Assembly: GCA_973895155.1 (NCBI GenBank)
Contig: OZ316895.1
Location: forward strand, 19,234,803 to 19,298,802
Length of the DNA: 64,000 bases
Source of the DNA: Marsupella aquatica
Lineage: Eukaryota > Plantae > Marchantiophyta
Reading direction: 5' to 3'
This document shows, in pieces, positions 12,400 to 24,300 of this stretch. A model generated the notes under the pieces. It was not told where the DNA came from. It worked only from the letters and a program-made list of their open reading frames with translations, and made no database searches. A program made the position numbers and the translations under genes. How positions within the stretch are numbered: position 1 is the stretch's first letter; every line of letters begins with the position of its first letter.

Positions 12400-13500
12400 C
12401 GCCTTGTGGCCAAAGGATACACCCAGAAGGAGGGCTTGGACTACACGGAGATATTCTCACCCGTTATCATACTCTACTATTTGTGTTTTACTTGCGATTG
12501 TGGCATTCTATGATCTTGAGTTTGATCAGATGGATGTAATTACTGCTTTCCTGCATGGATTGCTTGATGTCAAGATTTATATGATTTAGCTTTCAGGTTT
12601 TATTGATGAGAAGATTAGACACTTAGTGTGTAAGCTCTTGCGATCATTATACGGATTGAAGCAAAGTCCCAGACAATGGAATAAATGTTTTGATTCCTTC
12701 ATGTTGTCTCAGGGGTTCACACGGAGTGAACATGATTGTTGTATTTACATGAAGGAGGTGGAGAATTACTCACGCTTTGGTTACATTGAATGTGTTGACA
12801 CTGTATGTGGATGACATGTTGATCCTGGCTGAGAATAAGTCTGATGTTGTTCATCTGAAAGCAATGTTGAGTAAGGAGTTTTCAATGAAGGACTAGGGTC
12901 AGGCCAAGAAGATACTAGGGATGGAGATTCATCGTGATAGGGAGCAGAGGCAATTATGGTTGTCTCAGAGGCAGTATTTGGAGAAGGTACTTGCCAAGTA
13001 TGGAATGGAGAATTCAAAACCAGTTGGTATTCCATTGGCTTCCCACTTGAAACTCTCAAAGAATGATTGTTTTTCCAATGAGAGTGATAGATTGGCGATG
13101 AAACATGTTCCCCATGATAGTGTTGTGGGTAGTTTGATGTATGCGATGACATGCACTAGACCTGACATTGCCCACGTTGTTGGCATTTTGGGCAGATTCA
13201 TGGCAAATCTTGGTAAGCTTCACTATTGATGAGTGATCTGGGTCTTTCACCTAAAAGACCGGTGTTGGTTGTGTGACAGTCAAAGTACGTGCTTTGCATC
13301 TGGCTAAGAATCCTATGTTCCATGTCAGGACAAAGCACATTGATATTTGTTATCACTAGCTTCATCTGTGAGGTGATTGAGACGAAGTAAATGTTTCTAG
13401 AGAAGGTGGCTTCAGAGGAGAATGCGGCACACATGCTTACCAAAGTTTTACCTACCAGTAACTTTAGTCATTGTGTGAATATTATTAATGTTAGGGCCAA
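12400..13500 (+). pseudogene. Ty1/copia RT-RNase H remnant
   Basis: RLVAKGYTQKEGLDY, QMDVITAFLHG, LYGLKQSPRQW, YVDDMLI, GSLMYAMTCTRPDIA; stops and deletions. Confidence 0.95.
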
Positions 13501-13583
13501 ACCAGAGACTATGTAGATATGTTACTTAGTTACATATTGTATATCACCTGACTCATTGTGTGAACTGGAGTCAAGGTGAAGAT

Positions 13584-15995
13584 TGTTAGGAATTGACTCG
13601 AGTTCCCGATGTAGAGTAGGGTTTAAGGAAATATGAACTACTTTCCTCTTAAACAACCAGAATTCGTTCCCGTTAAGAGCTTGTGAGACCTAAAAGATTG
13701 TATTAATATACTTTGAGATAGTTAAGTTAACCTATCTCAGATTTTAAGCCTTTACCAACATGCTTAGGTCAGGTGGAAGGAGTTTTTAATACATCCTCAG
13801 GTATTGTGATGTTTGCATCATCAACAGTGCAATAATTAATTCTAAAACTATAACAAAACAACCAAAAGCCGGAGGCGTAAAGAGAGGATTAGGTGAGCCT
13901 TAAATGTCTCATCTCCTCTCGCCACTTAGCAATCTATGACTAAGTTAGGCACGATTAAGAGTCAATAGAGAGTCTGACTAAATTAGGCTGATGCCTAAAG
14001 CTCATCTTTAAAGCCAACCATCTAAGAATTTGTAAAAGATGTATATAAGATAGCCCGTATTAACTTTCTGACCTATGTCAAGGCAAAGGTGGTACTGATT
14101 ACTCCGAACTAACTTATTTTTCTATTCAATCCTTCAAATTGCTCTTTTAGGACTACACAATTTGTGAGTTTTTGTATGGTGCTTCTTCCACTAATACTTA
14201 ATAAGCCATAAGTATTCCATAGTCAACATGAATCTTTAGACCTTTGCATGGTCTCGGGCATGCATTTCCAGTCAGCCTAAAGGTTAACTATGACATTGCT
14301 AGTCACTTTCCATAGATTTTCTAGCAAGAATGGTCACACACTAATGTCCAAACACAAAGCATAGATCACCAAAATTATGAATCTATTACTTCTCTTCAAA
14401 GAAGGAGACTTTCACAAGTGAAATGCAAGTCTGAGTAAAATGGTGGAAACTTTCCCTCTTATACTTAGGGACAAGTCTCCTCTAAACAAAAGGTTGAAGA
14501 GGTATGCCTCTTCAATTCCTAACCTAAGTGTAAAAGTAAAAAGTAATGCTAAAGTCTGAAACTAGACTATGAGATAAAGTGCTCAGCAAAAATTCAAAGT
14601 CTAATTCTTCCTATACTAAGTTTTATAGGGCTTCAAACACGAAACCGGATCAAAAACCGGGTGAGAAACCGGATGGGAAGCCGGTTTAACTTCCGAATGG
14701 AATAACTATTTACTCTTTAGGAGTTGAAGTGTCAGGCTTCACCGATGTGGAGTCTACTGCTGGATCAATGGAGTTGAGAGGGTTTAGCATGAAAGTGATA
14801 CCTCCAAAGGTAGTAGTAAGATAGGAAGCAAGTAGTACATTTCTTGGTTTCAAAGTGAAAGGTTTCCAAAAATGAAGTCTTGAGATAATGTCCATTGGTG
14901 TAAGTAAAATGTAGGAGTGCCAGAGTAATAAGAATTTAACTATCGAGTCTCTCCATCTTCCAATGAATGGGTATATCTTTTCATAGTATCCTTTCATACT
15001 TATCCAACCATTTTGATTGGTTAAGGTCTTTAGCCATGGATCATGCTTCCTATTGGTCCAAAGTCAGACATCTTGAAGGTCAAATGGTGTGGAAACAACA
15101 CTTCAAAATCTTCATTCCATTATTTGTCCGGAAATCTCGGATATCTCTTAGTTGCACCAGTTGGAGTCTCATAATATTAAGTGGGTCATTTCGAGTCCAT
15201 TTTCAGACTTCTTTATATATATCTTAACCGCATCGGAAAGAGCTTTCCAACACACTTTACAAATCTTGATTTAGATAAATGGTTTGCTCTTTATGGTAAT
15301 TTTTCTACCGGATGGTATGTCCAAACCGGATCAAAAACCGGCTCAAAAACCGGATGGAAACCGGTTCAAATTCCGGATGGAATAACTCCTCAATTTCCAT
15401 CACTTAGTTGGTGTAATTTTTTCCATAGACTACTGGATGGTGGGGTAACACAACCTTGATAAAAGATTGAGCTACTTGTTGCTTAAATGCACTGATTAAT
15501 TCACCTTAGAATTAGCCGTCTAACTCAAATTTGTGAAAAGTTGACCTCAATTCCAAAGTTAAACCTTTGCTTGAGGGGTTGAAGTAGGTCTCTCCTCGCT
15601 ATCAGATTTTCCCAATACCAACCATTTATGGTTTTATTCCTCTTTCACTTATTGAGTCGAATGAGGGACCATAACATCTTTATATGCACCTTGGCATGAT
15701 TCAAGCTTAATATACTCACAGATGCTTAAATAGTCATTCAAGGTCCTCAACATGGTCATTGAAAACTATTTTTTTCACATAAGATAATTTTTCTATCCTT
15801 AAGGGCTTAACCCCTCTATTACACCCGACTTAGTTAGTTTGGCCTTATTACGATTAGCTAACCCTGGATTATATTAGGATAAGATCCGCTTAGTTTAGGC
15901 TCACACATCTTGGCCCCCTTGGGGGGTATAGGCTGGAGGGAGAGCACTCTCTCCCTCATTCTTCACATGTACTTTCATTTTCTATTGAGCCTTCA
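13584..15995 (+). mobile_element. Short copia 3' LTR split by a solo LTR
   Basis: Follows the copia PPT-like CAAGGTGAAGAT and starts TGTTAGG; resumes after 15828; the right end near 15995 is approximate. Confidence 0.55.
13610..15823 (-). mobile_element. Solo LTR, 2214 bp
   Basis: TGTA...TACA termini with 5-bp TSD CCCGA (13605-13609, 15824-15828); its minus-strand end (CTTAACGGGAACGAAT...CTACA) resembles the LTR ends at 12399 and 36247. Confidence 0.85.
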
Positions 15996-16257
15996 GGAGT
16001 TTCTCCACTCAGGGTGTCTTGTCGATGTAGCGTCTTATTGAGTCTCTATCATGTTTTCCGCATTGCTGTCTAGTCTGGAGCCGACGGTTTCTTACATGCA
16101 ATGAGGTTCGTCCACCAGGAAATCTATATGGGCAGGCCTCTATATTTTTTGTCGTGGTCGTCGTTTGAATTTGGCGAGTGAAAAAAACAGAAACGGTGAA
16201 AACCAAAAGGAATAAAGGGAAAAAAATGCTTCCCTTTAGCACTTTGGCCGCTGTGTT

Positions 16258-16880
16258 ATGGTAATGGTAATGGTAATGTATTATAAGCTCCGGGACCATG
16301 AAAGTCAAAGGAGCTGCCACAAAAAGTAAAGTACAATGCAATCAAAGAAAAGAGCAACCAAAAGAGATTGCTCAGAAGAGGACAACTATGTCCTCAAAGA
16401 AACTATGGACCTAGAGAGCCCTATGGACCTAGAGAGCCCTGAAAGATTTTCCAAACCTATTCTCCTTTCCCTATCCACCACAAAGATATATCTTCCAAGT
16501 TGCTGAGGGGGCAGACCAAACAATGCATACAAATCTTTCACCAAGATTTGAGATGCCATCCTAACCCCCTCATAAAACTTGCAAGCAATGAATACATGAT
16601 ATTCATTCTCTATACTAGAGCTATCACATAGTTGACAAACCCTCTTTTTCCTGTCAATATCCTTCCATCTCCCTTGTTCTACTTCAAGGTGGTGTGAGCT
16701 TAGTCTATACTGAACAATAAGTTGTCTAAGTTGTACTGAGATAGTGCTAGATAAGTATTCTTGTTCTCGATATTTCTTCATGGGGTTCACATCTCTCATG
16801 TAGTATTGCTGCCGTGGGCTAGGTTCATGCCAAAGTTTGTGCAAAGCCTTTTGCTCAAGTTTTGCTCTTAGCTTGGTTGG
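16258..16880 (-). mobile_element. RTE/RTEX-like LINE, 5'-truncated copy 2
   Basis: Near-identical to 2170-2769, with (CATTAC)n tail and a private 18-bp in-frame duplication. Confidence 0.95.
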
Positions 16881-16895
16881 TTGCCCTCGCCTCGC

Positions 16896-19276
16896 TGTGA
16901 CGCCAATGACATGGTCCTTATTTTGTAATCTGATTAAGTAGGTTGCTGTATGCAAGGAGTAGCTATTGATATTGCATAACAATTAGCAAGATGGCAAGAA
17001 TAAGGGCAATCATGGCGTTAAGAGTAGGGAAATAAAAGCTATGTCGCAGGTGGTCGGTGACCATATCTCTTTCAATATGTCACCAAATCCGGATCTGTAA
17101 AGAGCATTGGAAAGATCTGGTCAAGGCGAGTAAAATCGATATAAAACACTTGGGAAACGGAGGTGTATTAAGAAAGATACGGTCTGATTAGTGTGACGGG
17201 TTAACTTGTGGCCAGAATTAGCGGATTCGGCTTCAGTTTCGGGTTAACCCAAGCTCGACCACGGCTTAGCTTATGTGAGCACGGCTTCAGCTTAGCTTAT
17301 GTGAGCACGGCTTCAGCTTAGCTCAGGTCAGCACGGCTTCAGCTTAGCTTAGGTCAGCACGGCTTCAACTTAGCTCAGGTAAGCACGGCTTCAGCTTAGG
17401 CTTAACCCGGGTTCGGATTAGATTGATCCCGGGTTAGACTTAACTCGGGGTCAGGTTAGCATAGGTAAGCTCGGGTTCGGGCTCAGCTTAGGCTAGGATA
17501 GCGGATAGCGGATAGCGGGTAACGGCCTAACCCGAGACCACGGGTTAGCTCTACTCGGGTTAGATAGGATAGCTAGGTTAGCCGAACTCGGGTTAGCTAT
17601 GTAACTCGGGTTAGCGCAACAGTGAGTACCCCCTCTCGGTTACGGGGGCATAACTCTCTGTGTATTTGACCAAATCGGCTATAATTGACCTCGTTGGAAA
17701 GAGGAGCTCAAGCCGCTTCCAACGCTGTTATCCACGTAGCAAATGGTTGAATACAGAAATCGGGAGAGGAGGCGTAAGCTCGCAAAAACCATGGAGGAGG
17801 GCCGAATCCGAAGTACATAGCCAATTCGAGATAGAAATAAAGTTGCGAGTTAGGGTTCAGTAGTTAGAGATAGTGGCGGCTCTGTTAGGGCTGGGATGGG
17901 GCTCCAACAGCGTAGCATCCACCCATTTGGGCTCAATGAGAGAGTATATAGAGCATCCCTCCGGTAGAGGCAGGGGGGGGACTTCAGTTGTGTGATCTCA
18001 CTTAGACTGAGTAGCGGGGAGGAGCTCTGTGCAAGCAAGGCTGGACTTGGACGCTGCGTGTTGGGGAGAGCTTGGTTGTGCTATTACTCAGGGAGTAATC
18101 AGCCAAGCTTCACAGCAACGGGTTGCTAGGTTTGCGAGCTGGATTGTGGCTCTTTCTAGTGGGCAGCACAACTGGGTTCTTTTCCCCCGATACAGAGCCT
18201 TGGTGATAGGTGATGTATTGGTGATTGTAAACTGTGGGGAGGATTTCAATTCGATTTGCGGTGGGCACATTAGGGAGGCTGAGGTACTGATTAAGGGGCA
18301 GCAGGAGGAGCATTTACAGTTCAGTCTGGCAAGGCTACGTGACCCATGGGGAGTCCCGGCCTTTGTCTGGTGGAGAGCACTAAGGGATCTATGGCCAGAG
18401 CTGAGCTTGCAGGGCAAGCGTGAGGCCGGGCCTCATTGCAGTCTGGGGTAGATCGCCGTTAGGCCTGGTACCAGCTTTGAAGTCGAGTCAACTATGCATG
18501 CGTAACTTGACGTTCTGAATTGGAGGTGTGAGATCTGTATGTGCCCCCAAGAATGAAGTGCAGTGAAGGAGGTTGAGTTCAGGATTGAGCTTGCATGGCA
18601 AGCACGGGGCTTGCAGGGCAAGCACGTCACAATCTGGAGGAGACAGCCTTCGGCCCTAGTGTTCGGATCAAGTGTTCTCAGTGAACTATTGTGCACATCT
18701 TTGAATCTAATTGAGTTTTCCTCTCAGGCCTCATTTCTCTCATGGATGTGTGTGTGTGTGAGGCAATCTGAGTGTATGATGGAACTAGCAGCGCCACTGA
18801 GAGGTGTACCGGGTGCATTGAAGCGGGCTGGGTGAGGACTGTCATAGCTCTGATTGTTGAGAGTGGAATGGCAGAGTGGTGGGGCAATGGCTTAGAAGTC
18901 CCTAAGCCGGGAATCAGTCAGGAGTCACTAGTTTATGGGTACATTCCGGCGGCGGAATAGAAACATACCTATGACAGTAAGCATATGTATAGACCTATGC
19001 GCACCGTAGCGCTAGGCCCTGTGTGTACGGGCCCGATATGAAGACCCCTTCTCACCAGAACTATCATGAGCACAGATCTGATCCCCAACCTTGGTTCCTT
19101 GGGATTGAGCTTGGGTGATGTGTGATAGAGTCTTGCTATGATAGTCTGGTGTTAAGGGCATAAACTGGTGTTTACCGGCATTCACAACATCCCTTCGTGA
19201 TCCTCAGGTACAAGGAGATGGTTTTGGCACCCATAGTGACGTCTTTGGTGTTAAGACCCATGTCAATCGCGTGACA
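16896..19276 (+). mobile_element. Solo LTR, 2381 bp, gypsy type
   Basis: TGTGACG...CGTGACA termini; TSD CTCGC at 16891-16895 and 19277-19281; shares terminal and internal motifs with the solo LTR at 42467-46433. Confidence 0.9.
17259..17398 (+). repeat. About 26-bp tandem repeat inside the solo LTR
   Basis: CACGGCTTCAGCTTAGCT(T/C)A(T/G)GT(G/C/A)AG repeated about 5-6 times. Confidence 0.9.
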
Positions 19277-20455
19277 CTCGCCAAATGGTCTTCTTGCCTC
19301 GCCGCAACCATACCCCTGTGCTCCCGACAATCATCCTGCCACACCCTTGCCTGACCCAACAATCGACGACCAGCAGCCGCCGCACACGCCTGGACCACGA
19401 TTGAGTTGCAGCCACCAGTGGAGCCTGCGCTCTCCCGCCGCGACGCCCTCGGCCCAGCCAACTCGCCTTTCACACCAGACTCCCTCCCTCCTTGCCTCGC
19501 AAGTGCCTCCCTCCCTCCTGCGCCTGACCCCCTCCCTCCCACACCCAACTCCCTCGTCGTGCCTCGCAAGTGATGCCGTGCCTCGCGAGTGCGCACCTCC
19601 CTGCCTCCGACCCCCTCCCCCCCACACCCGACTCCCTCCCTCACTGACACAACCCCTTGCCTTGCCTCGCGAGTGGCGCCCTTGCAAAAATGGCTCTCCC
19701 CTACCGTGACGCCCCCGGCCTCCCCTTGCGCCTCGCGAGTTGCGCCTCGCAAGCTGCGCCCCTCGGTATGCCCTGGCTGCCGTTGCGGCTGCCCTTGATG
19801 CACCCCACTCCCTGGCTGCCCAAGTTGCCGTGGCGACCCCCTCCTCTCTCTTGGCCCTGCCACGCCTGCCCTGCCTGCCGCCTCCCTCACTCGCGCTTAA
19901 TCTCAAGGCCTTGCGACCCCCTTCTGCCTCGCGACCTCACGGCCAGCCCTGCTGCCACCCTCCTTCCTGCCACGGTGAGCCCTAGAGCCCTCGCCTCCCT
20001 CACCACTCGCCACGGCCCCGCCCACTTCCGTGCTTGCCCTGCCCTGCCTGCCTGCTGCCTGCTGCCTCCCTCGCTCGCGCCTGGACTGGAGGCCTTGCAA
20101 CCCCCTTTTGCCTTGCAACCCCCCTCTGCCGCACAACTGGAGTCTGCACCTTGACTCGAGGCGTGACGGATGACCCAAGTCAGCCATACCCACACCCACA
20201 CCCACGCCTTGACGCTCGACTTTCTCCCGCGCTTGGATAGCCAACGACCAAAGACTGATCACTTGCTGTTGGGGGCCAAAATATGCGGACCAATTGTGGT
20301 CTGGGGGTGGCAGGTCCCTAGAAGTATATATGAGGGGACCACCTCCTCTCAAAAGTCCATTTTGGAAAGTCACACTAACCACACCACCAGGAATGGCGTT
20401 GGCGAGTAAAGAGCCCAGTAAATATGGATGAGGTTACCAAAGGGATTCCATGTGA

Positions 20456-21042
20456 GGGGTAGGAAATTTGTGCCGCTGAAAAGTCGGCCAAGCCGTGTCG
20501 TTGCCCCAAGGGGTCTCGACATTGGGGCGGCCAAGCCAAGTAAGTGGCCGCCACGACTTTAAGTTAAAAAACTTATAGTCACCAAAACTTTGGGGTTACC
20601 AATGGGGTTGGGGATGCAAGGGGTAGGAAATTTGTGCCGCTGAAAAGTCGCCCAAGCTGTGTCGTTGCCCCAAGGGGTCTCGGCATTGGGGCGGCCAAAG
20701 CCAAGTAAGCGGCCGCCACGACTTTAAGTTACAAAACTTATAGTCACCAAAACTTTGGGGTTACCAATGGGGTTGGGGGATGCAAGGGGTAGGAGATTTG
20801 TGCCATTGAAAAGTTGGCCAAGCCGTGTTGTTGCCCCAAGGGGTCTCGGCATTGGGGCGGCCAAAGCCAAGTAAGCGGCCGCCACGACTTTAAGTTACAA
20901 AACTTATAGTCACCAAAACTTTGGGGTTACCAATGGGGTTGGGGGATGCAAGGGGTAGGAAATTTGTGCCGCTGAAAAGTCGTCCAAGCCGTGTCGTTGC
21001 CCCAAGGGGTCTTGGCATTGGGGCGGCCAAAGCCAAGTAAGC
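20456..21042 (+). repeat. About 165-bp tandem repeat (3.5 copies) upstream of the Helitron ORF
   Basis: AGGA(A/G)ATTTGTGCC recurs at 20461, 20625, 20791 and 20957. Confidence 0.95.
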
Positions 21043-21379
21043 AAACATGGGTTTAGGGGCAAGAGGCACAACTCCTGGAAGCAGGAGGAACGTCGCCAAG
21101 GTTGGGTGGGTGGGTGGGATGAAGGGGCCCTTATAGGATGTATCCTTGACAGATATTGGGCTCCTTCTAATATCCCATGTCTCTTGCAATGGTGTCCTCC
21201 AACCGACGTTCAACTTACTTAGGGTCTGTCAAGCTTGGAATGGGGCATGATTGTAAATTTGAATGACTAATGTAAATTTGGATGACTTACAATATATGTG
21301 CGTTGGATGCAGACAACGGACTATGGATGGGAGCATGGAGTAATTAGGGATTTATTTTGCTGATGGTACCATTGCCAAC

Positions 21380-24300
21380 ATGCCTCCTCCCGACCAGGTA
21401 TTGGCAACTTGGCGTGAGAGGTATGCCAGAAACAAAGACGCCATTAATGAAAGGCATCGGGAGAGGCAAGCGCAGCGTCAGCAACAACAAAATGGGGTGC
21501 TTGGAAATAATGGAGGGGTTACGGGGGCTCCAACTGATGGGGTTCGGGCAGAAGCGAGCGCTCAACCAAACTTGGTTGCTCGCGTCAACAATGGGAGACA
21601 GCTTCGTCATGAGGCTCGGGGCCAAGGACGAGCATTGGAAAGACCCCATGCAATATCCAACAGTAGTGTTGGTGATCCAAGCACATCTAACCTTCAACCC
21701 ATGGTTCCCAATGACCCACATGTATTCAATGAAGGATGGCTCATTCAAGGTGCTTTGGATGAAAGTGGGATTGACCATCCTCCATTGGAGTTAGCCTCCA
21801 ACACGTCCTATGAGGCACCATCACATGTTCAGCCGGAATCTTGCCTCTATGATGAGGAGTGGCTTATCACTGGGGCTTTGGATGATGGGAGGATTGATTG
21901 TCCTCCGGAGGAACCAATGCACACTCACACTCAAGCTCATTTGTTTGATGAGGAGTGGCTCATCAATGGGGCAATGGATGACGGGTTTGATGAACATGCT
22001 GTGGGGGAATTATATGACACCGAGGAAGATTATCTCAATGATGGGGATGGTGAATTTGACACTTTTGTCAAGGGCACCTTGGAGTTGTCAAGTGGGGAAA
22101 GAGAACCCGATGTAGTGCCCAATGTTACATCTGAAGCGGAGAGTTTGGCAGCTGCACCAGTCACACCTACATTGCGGAGCGAAGAGGAAATAGCGCGACG
22201 AAGATGGAGGGCACAACTAATCAGTCATCTTCCCAAGGCCCAAAGGCCGTTGGATCCCCACTTGGCCCAACATTGTTTGGGGCGTATGGACGTGGTGTGC
22301 CGCACATGTGGGGCACTTCATTGGCTGGAGGAATACAAAAAAAGCACCAAAAACAATCCCATTTTTAGTGCATGTTGTGCGGATGGCAAGGTTAAATTGC
22401 CTCCTTTTGGTGCCCCACCAGAGCCTCTGCAAAGCTTGCTTACAAGGCAAGACAATGTTGGGAAGAATTTCCGCAACAACATAAGAGGTTATAACAATGC
22501 CTTGGCGTTTACCTCCATTGGTGCAAAAGTGGATGAGCGCAATAACAGTCAAGGACCGTATTCCTTTCATATCCAAGGAGCGTTGTACCATCTTGCAGGG
22601 AGCCTAGCTTTTGCCCCTACAGGAGAAGGACCCAAATTTGCACAATTGTACATTTATGACACCGCCAATGAAGTGGGGAATAGGTACATCTCCTAGATCC
22701 CATGACACTTGCTGCCCCATCTTGCTGAACTATATTTGCATATATCTCCAACCTGAGTGGTTCTAATTGTTTTTGTTGCAGGCTGAACCAAATGCCGCAC
22801 TTGGATCCAAGCATACTAGCTCAACTACAAGGCATGTTGCACAAACATAATGGATGTGCATCTATTTAAGAATGTCGGAAGTCGGATCGAGGGGGGGGAT
22901 GTGCCAGAGGTATCTTTACGCCTCATGGTTGAGCGCGACAGTGATCCAAGGCGTTATAACAAGCCCACAGCCAATGAGATTGGCGTTGTCATGGTGGGTG
23001 ATATAGAAGTCCGCCATAGGGACATCATCCTTAGGCAAACAAATGGGCAATTGCGTAGGATCTCTGAGTGGCATAGGTCTTATGCGCCACTCCACTATGT
23101 TCTTCTTTTTCCGCAAGGCCAAGACGGATGATCATATGATATCCCATTGATGGATTTTGAAATGGGTGATGGGGTTCTTCATCAAGCTGTTGTCGGGGCA
23201 AGGACTGGACGTAACGGATCCAAGAAGGTCACCCAACTGCAATACTTTGCATACCATCTTCATGCACGATGTAATGATGATTGGCTCCTTCGTGGTGGAC
23301 GGCTCCTCAAGCAATACATTGTTGATGCCTACGCATGCATTGATCAAACATGCTTGACATATATCCGTAACAATCAACAAAAATTGCGGACGGACCTTTA
23401 TTCGGGCCTTCAAGACGCCGTGCACGAGGGAGATGCCCGCGCAAGTGAGTTGGGCAAGACCTTCATTCTACCCTCAACTTATGGTGGTAGTGCACGTAGT
23501 ATGGCCCAGGCATATCAGGATGCCATGGCTGTGGTACGCACATACGGCCCGCCAGATCTCTTCATCACGTTCACTTGCAATCCAGAATGGTCGGAGATCA
23601 AAGTTGAGTGCTTTGAGGTTCAGAGTCTAGCCGATCGGGATGAAATTGTGGCACGATGCTTCAAACTGAAGCTAAGGGTGTTGTTGGCATAGGTTCACCA
23701 AGGGGTCTTAGGAAGGCCCATTGCCTCTATGTATGTTATAGAGTTCCAAAAGCGTGGGTTGCCTCATGCCCACATGTTGATCATTTTGGCGGAGCGGCAT
23801 AAGATTCGCACCCCTGACGAGGTGGATGAGTTGGTATGTGCCGAGATCCCTGATAGAGTCAAATATCCTTGGCTTCATGAGACGATAACCAAGTGCATGG
23901 TCCATGGTCCATGCGGCATAGGTTATCCAAACTCGCCATGCATGGAAGATGGGAAGTGCACTAAGAAATATCCTTGCGAATTCTCCTCAAAGACACAATT
24001 TGGGGACAGAGGCTATCCTTTGTATCGGCGGCGAGACAATGGGCAGTCATTCAGCAAGGACAGGAATGGATTTAAGTTTGACAACAGGTGGGTTGTTCCC
24101 TACAGCCCATACTTGAGCATGAAATACAATGCTCACATCAACGTGGAGATTTGTTGTTCCATTAAGGTGATTAAGTACTTATACAAGTATGTATATAAGG
24201 GGCATGATCGGACGACGGTGGAAGTTGGAGAGTTGCGGGATGAAATCAAGATACATCTTGATGCACGCTATGTGTCTGCGGCGGAAGGGACGTGGAGAAT

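Noticed and set aside
19204-20409. Many overlapping ORFs in a GC-rich, C-skewed stretch
   Set aside because: Low-complexity translations on both strands with no domain motifs; stop codons are simply scarce. It may be Helitron 5' sequence, but no terminus was found.
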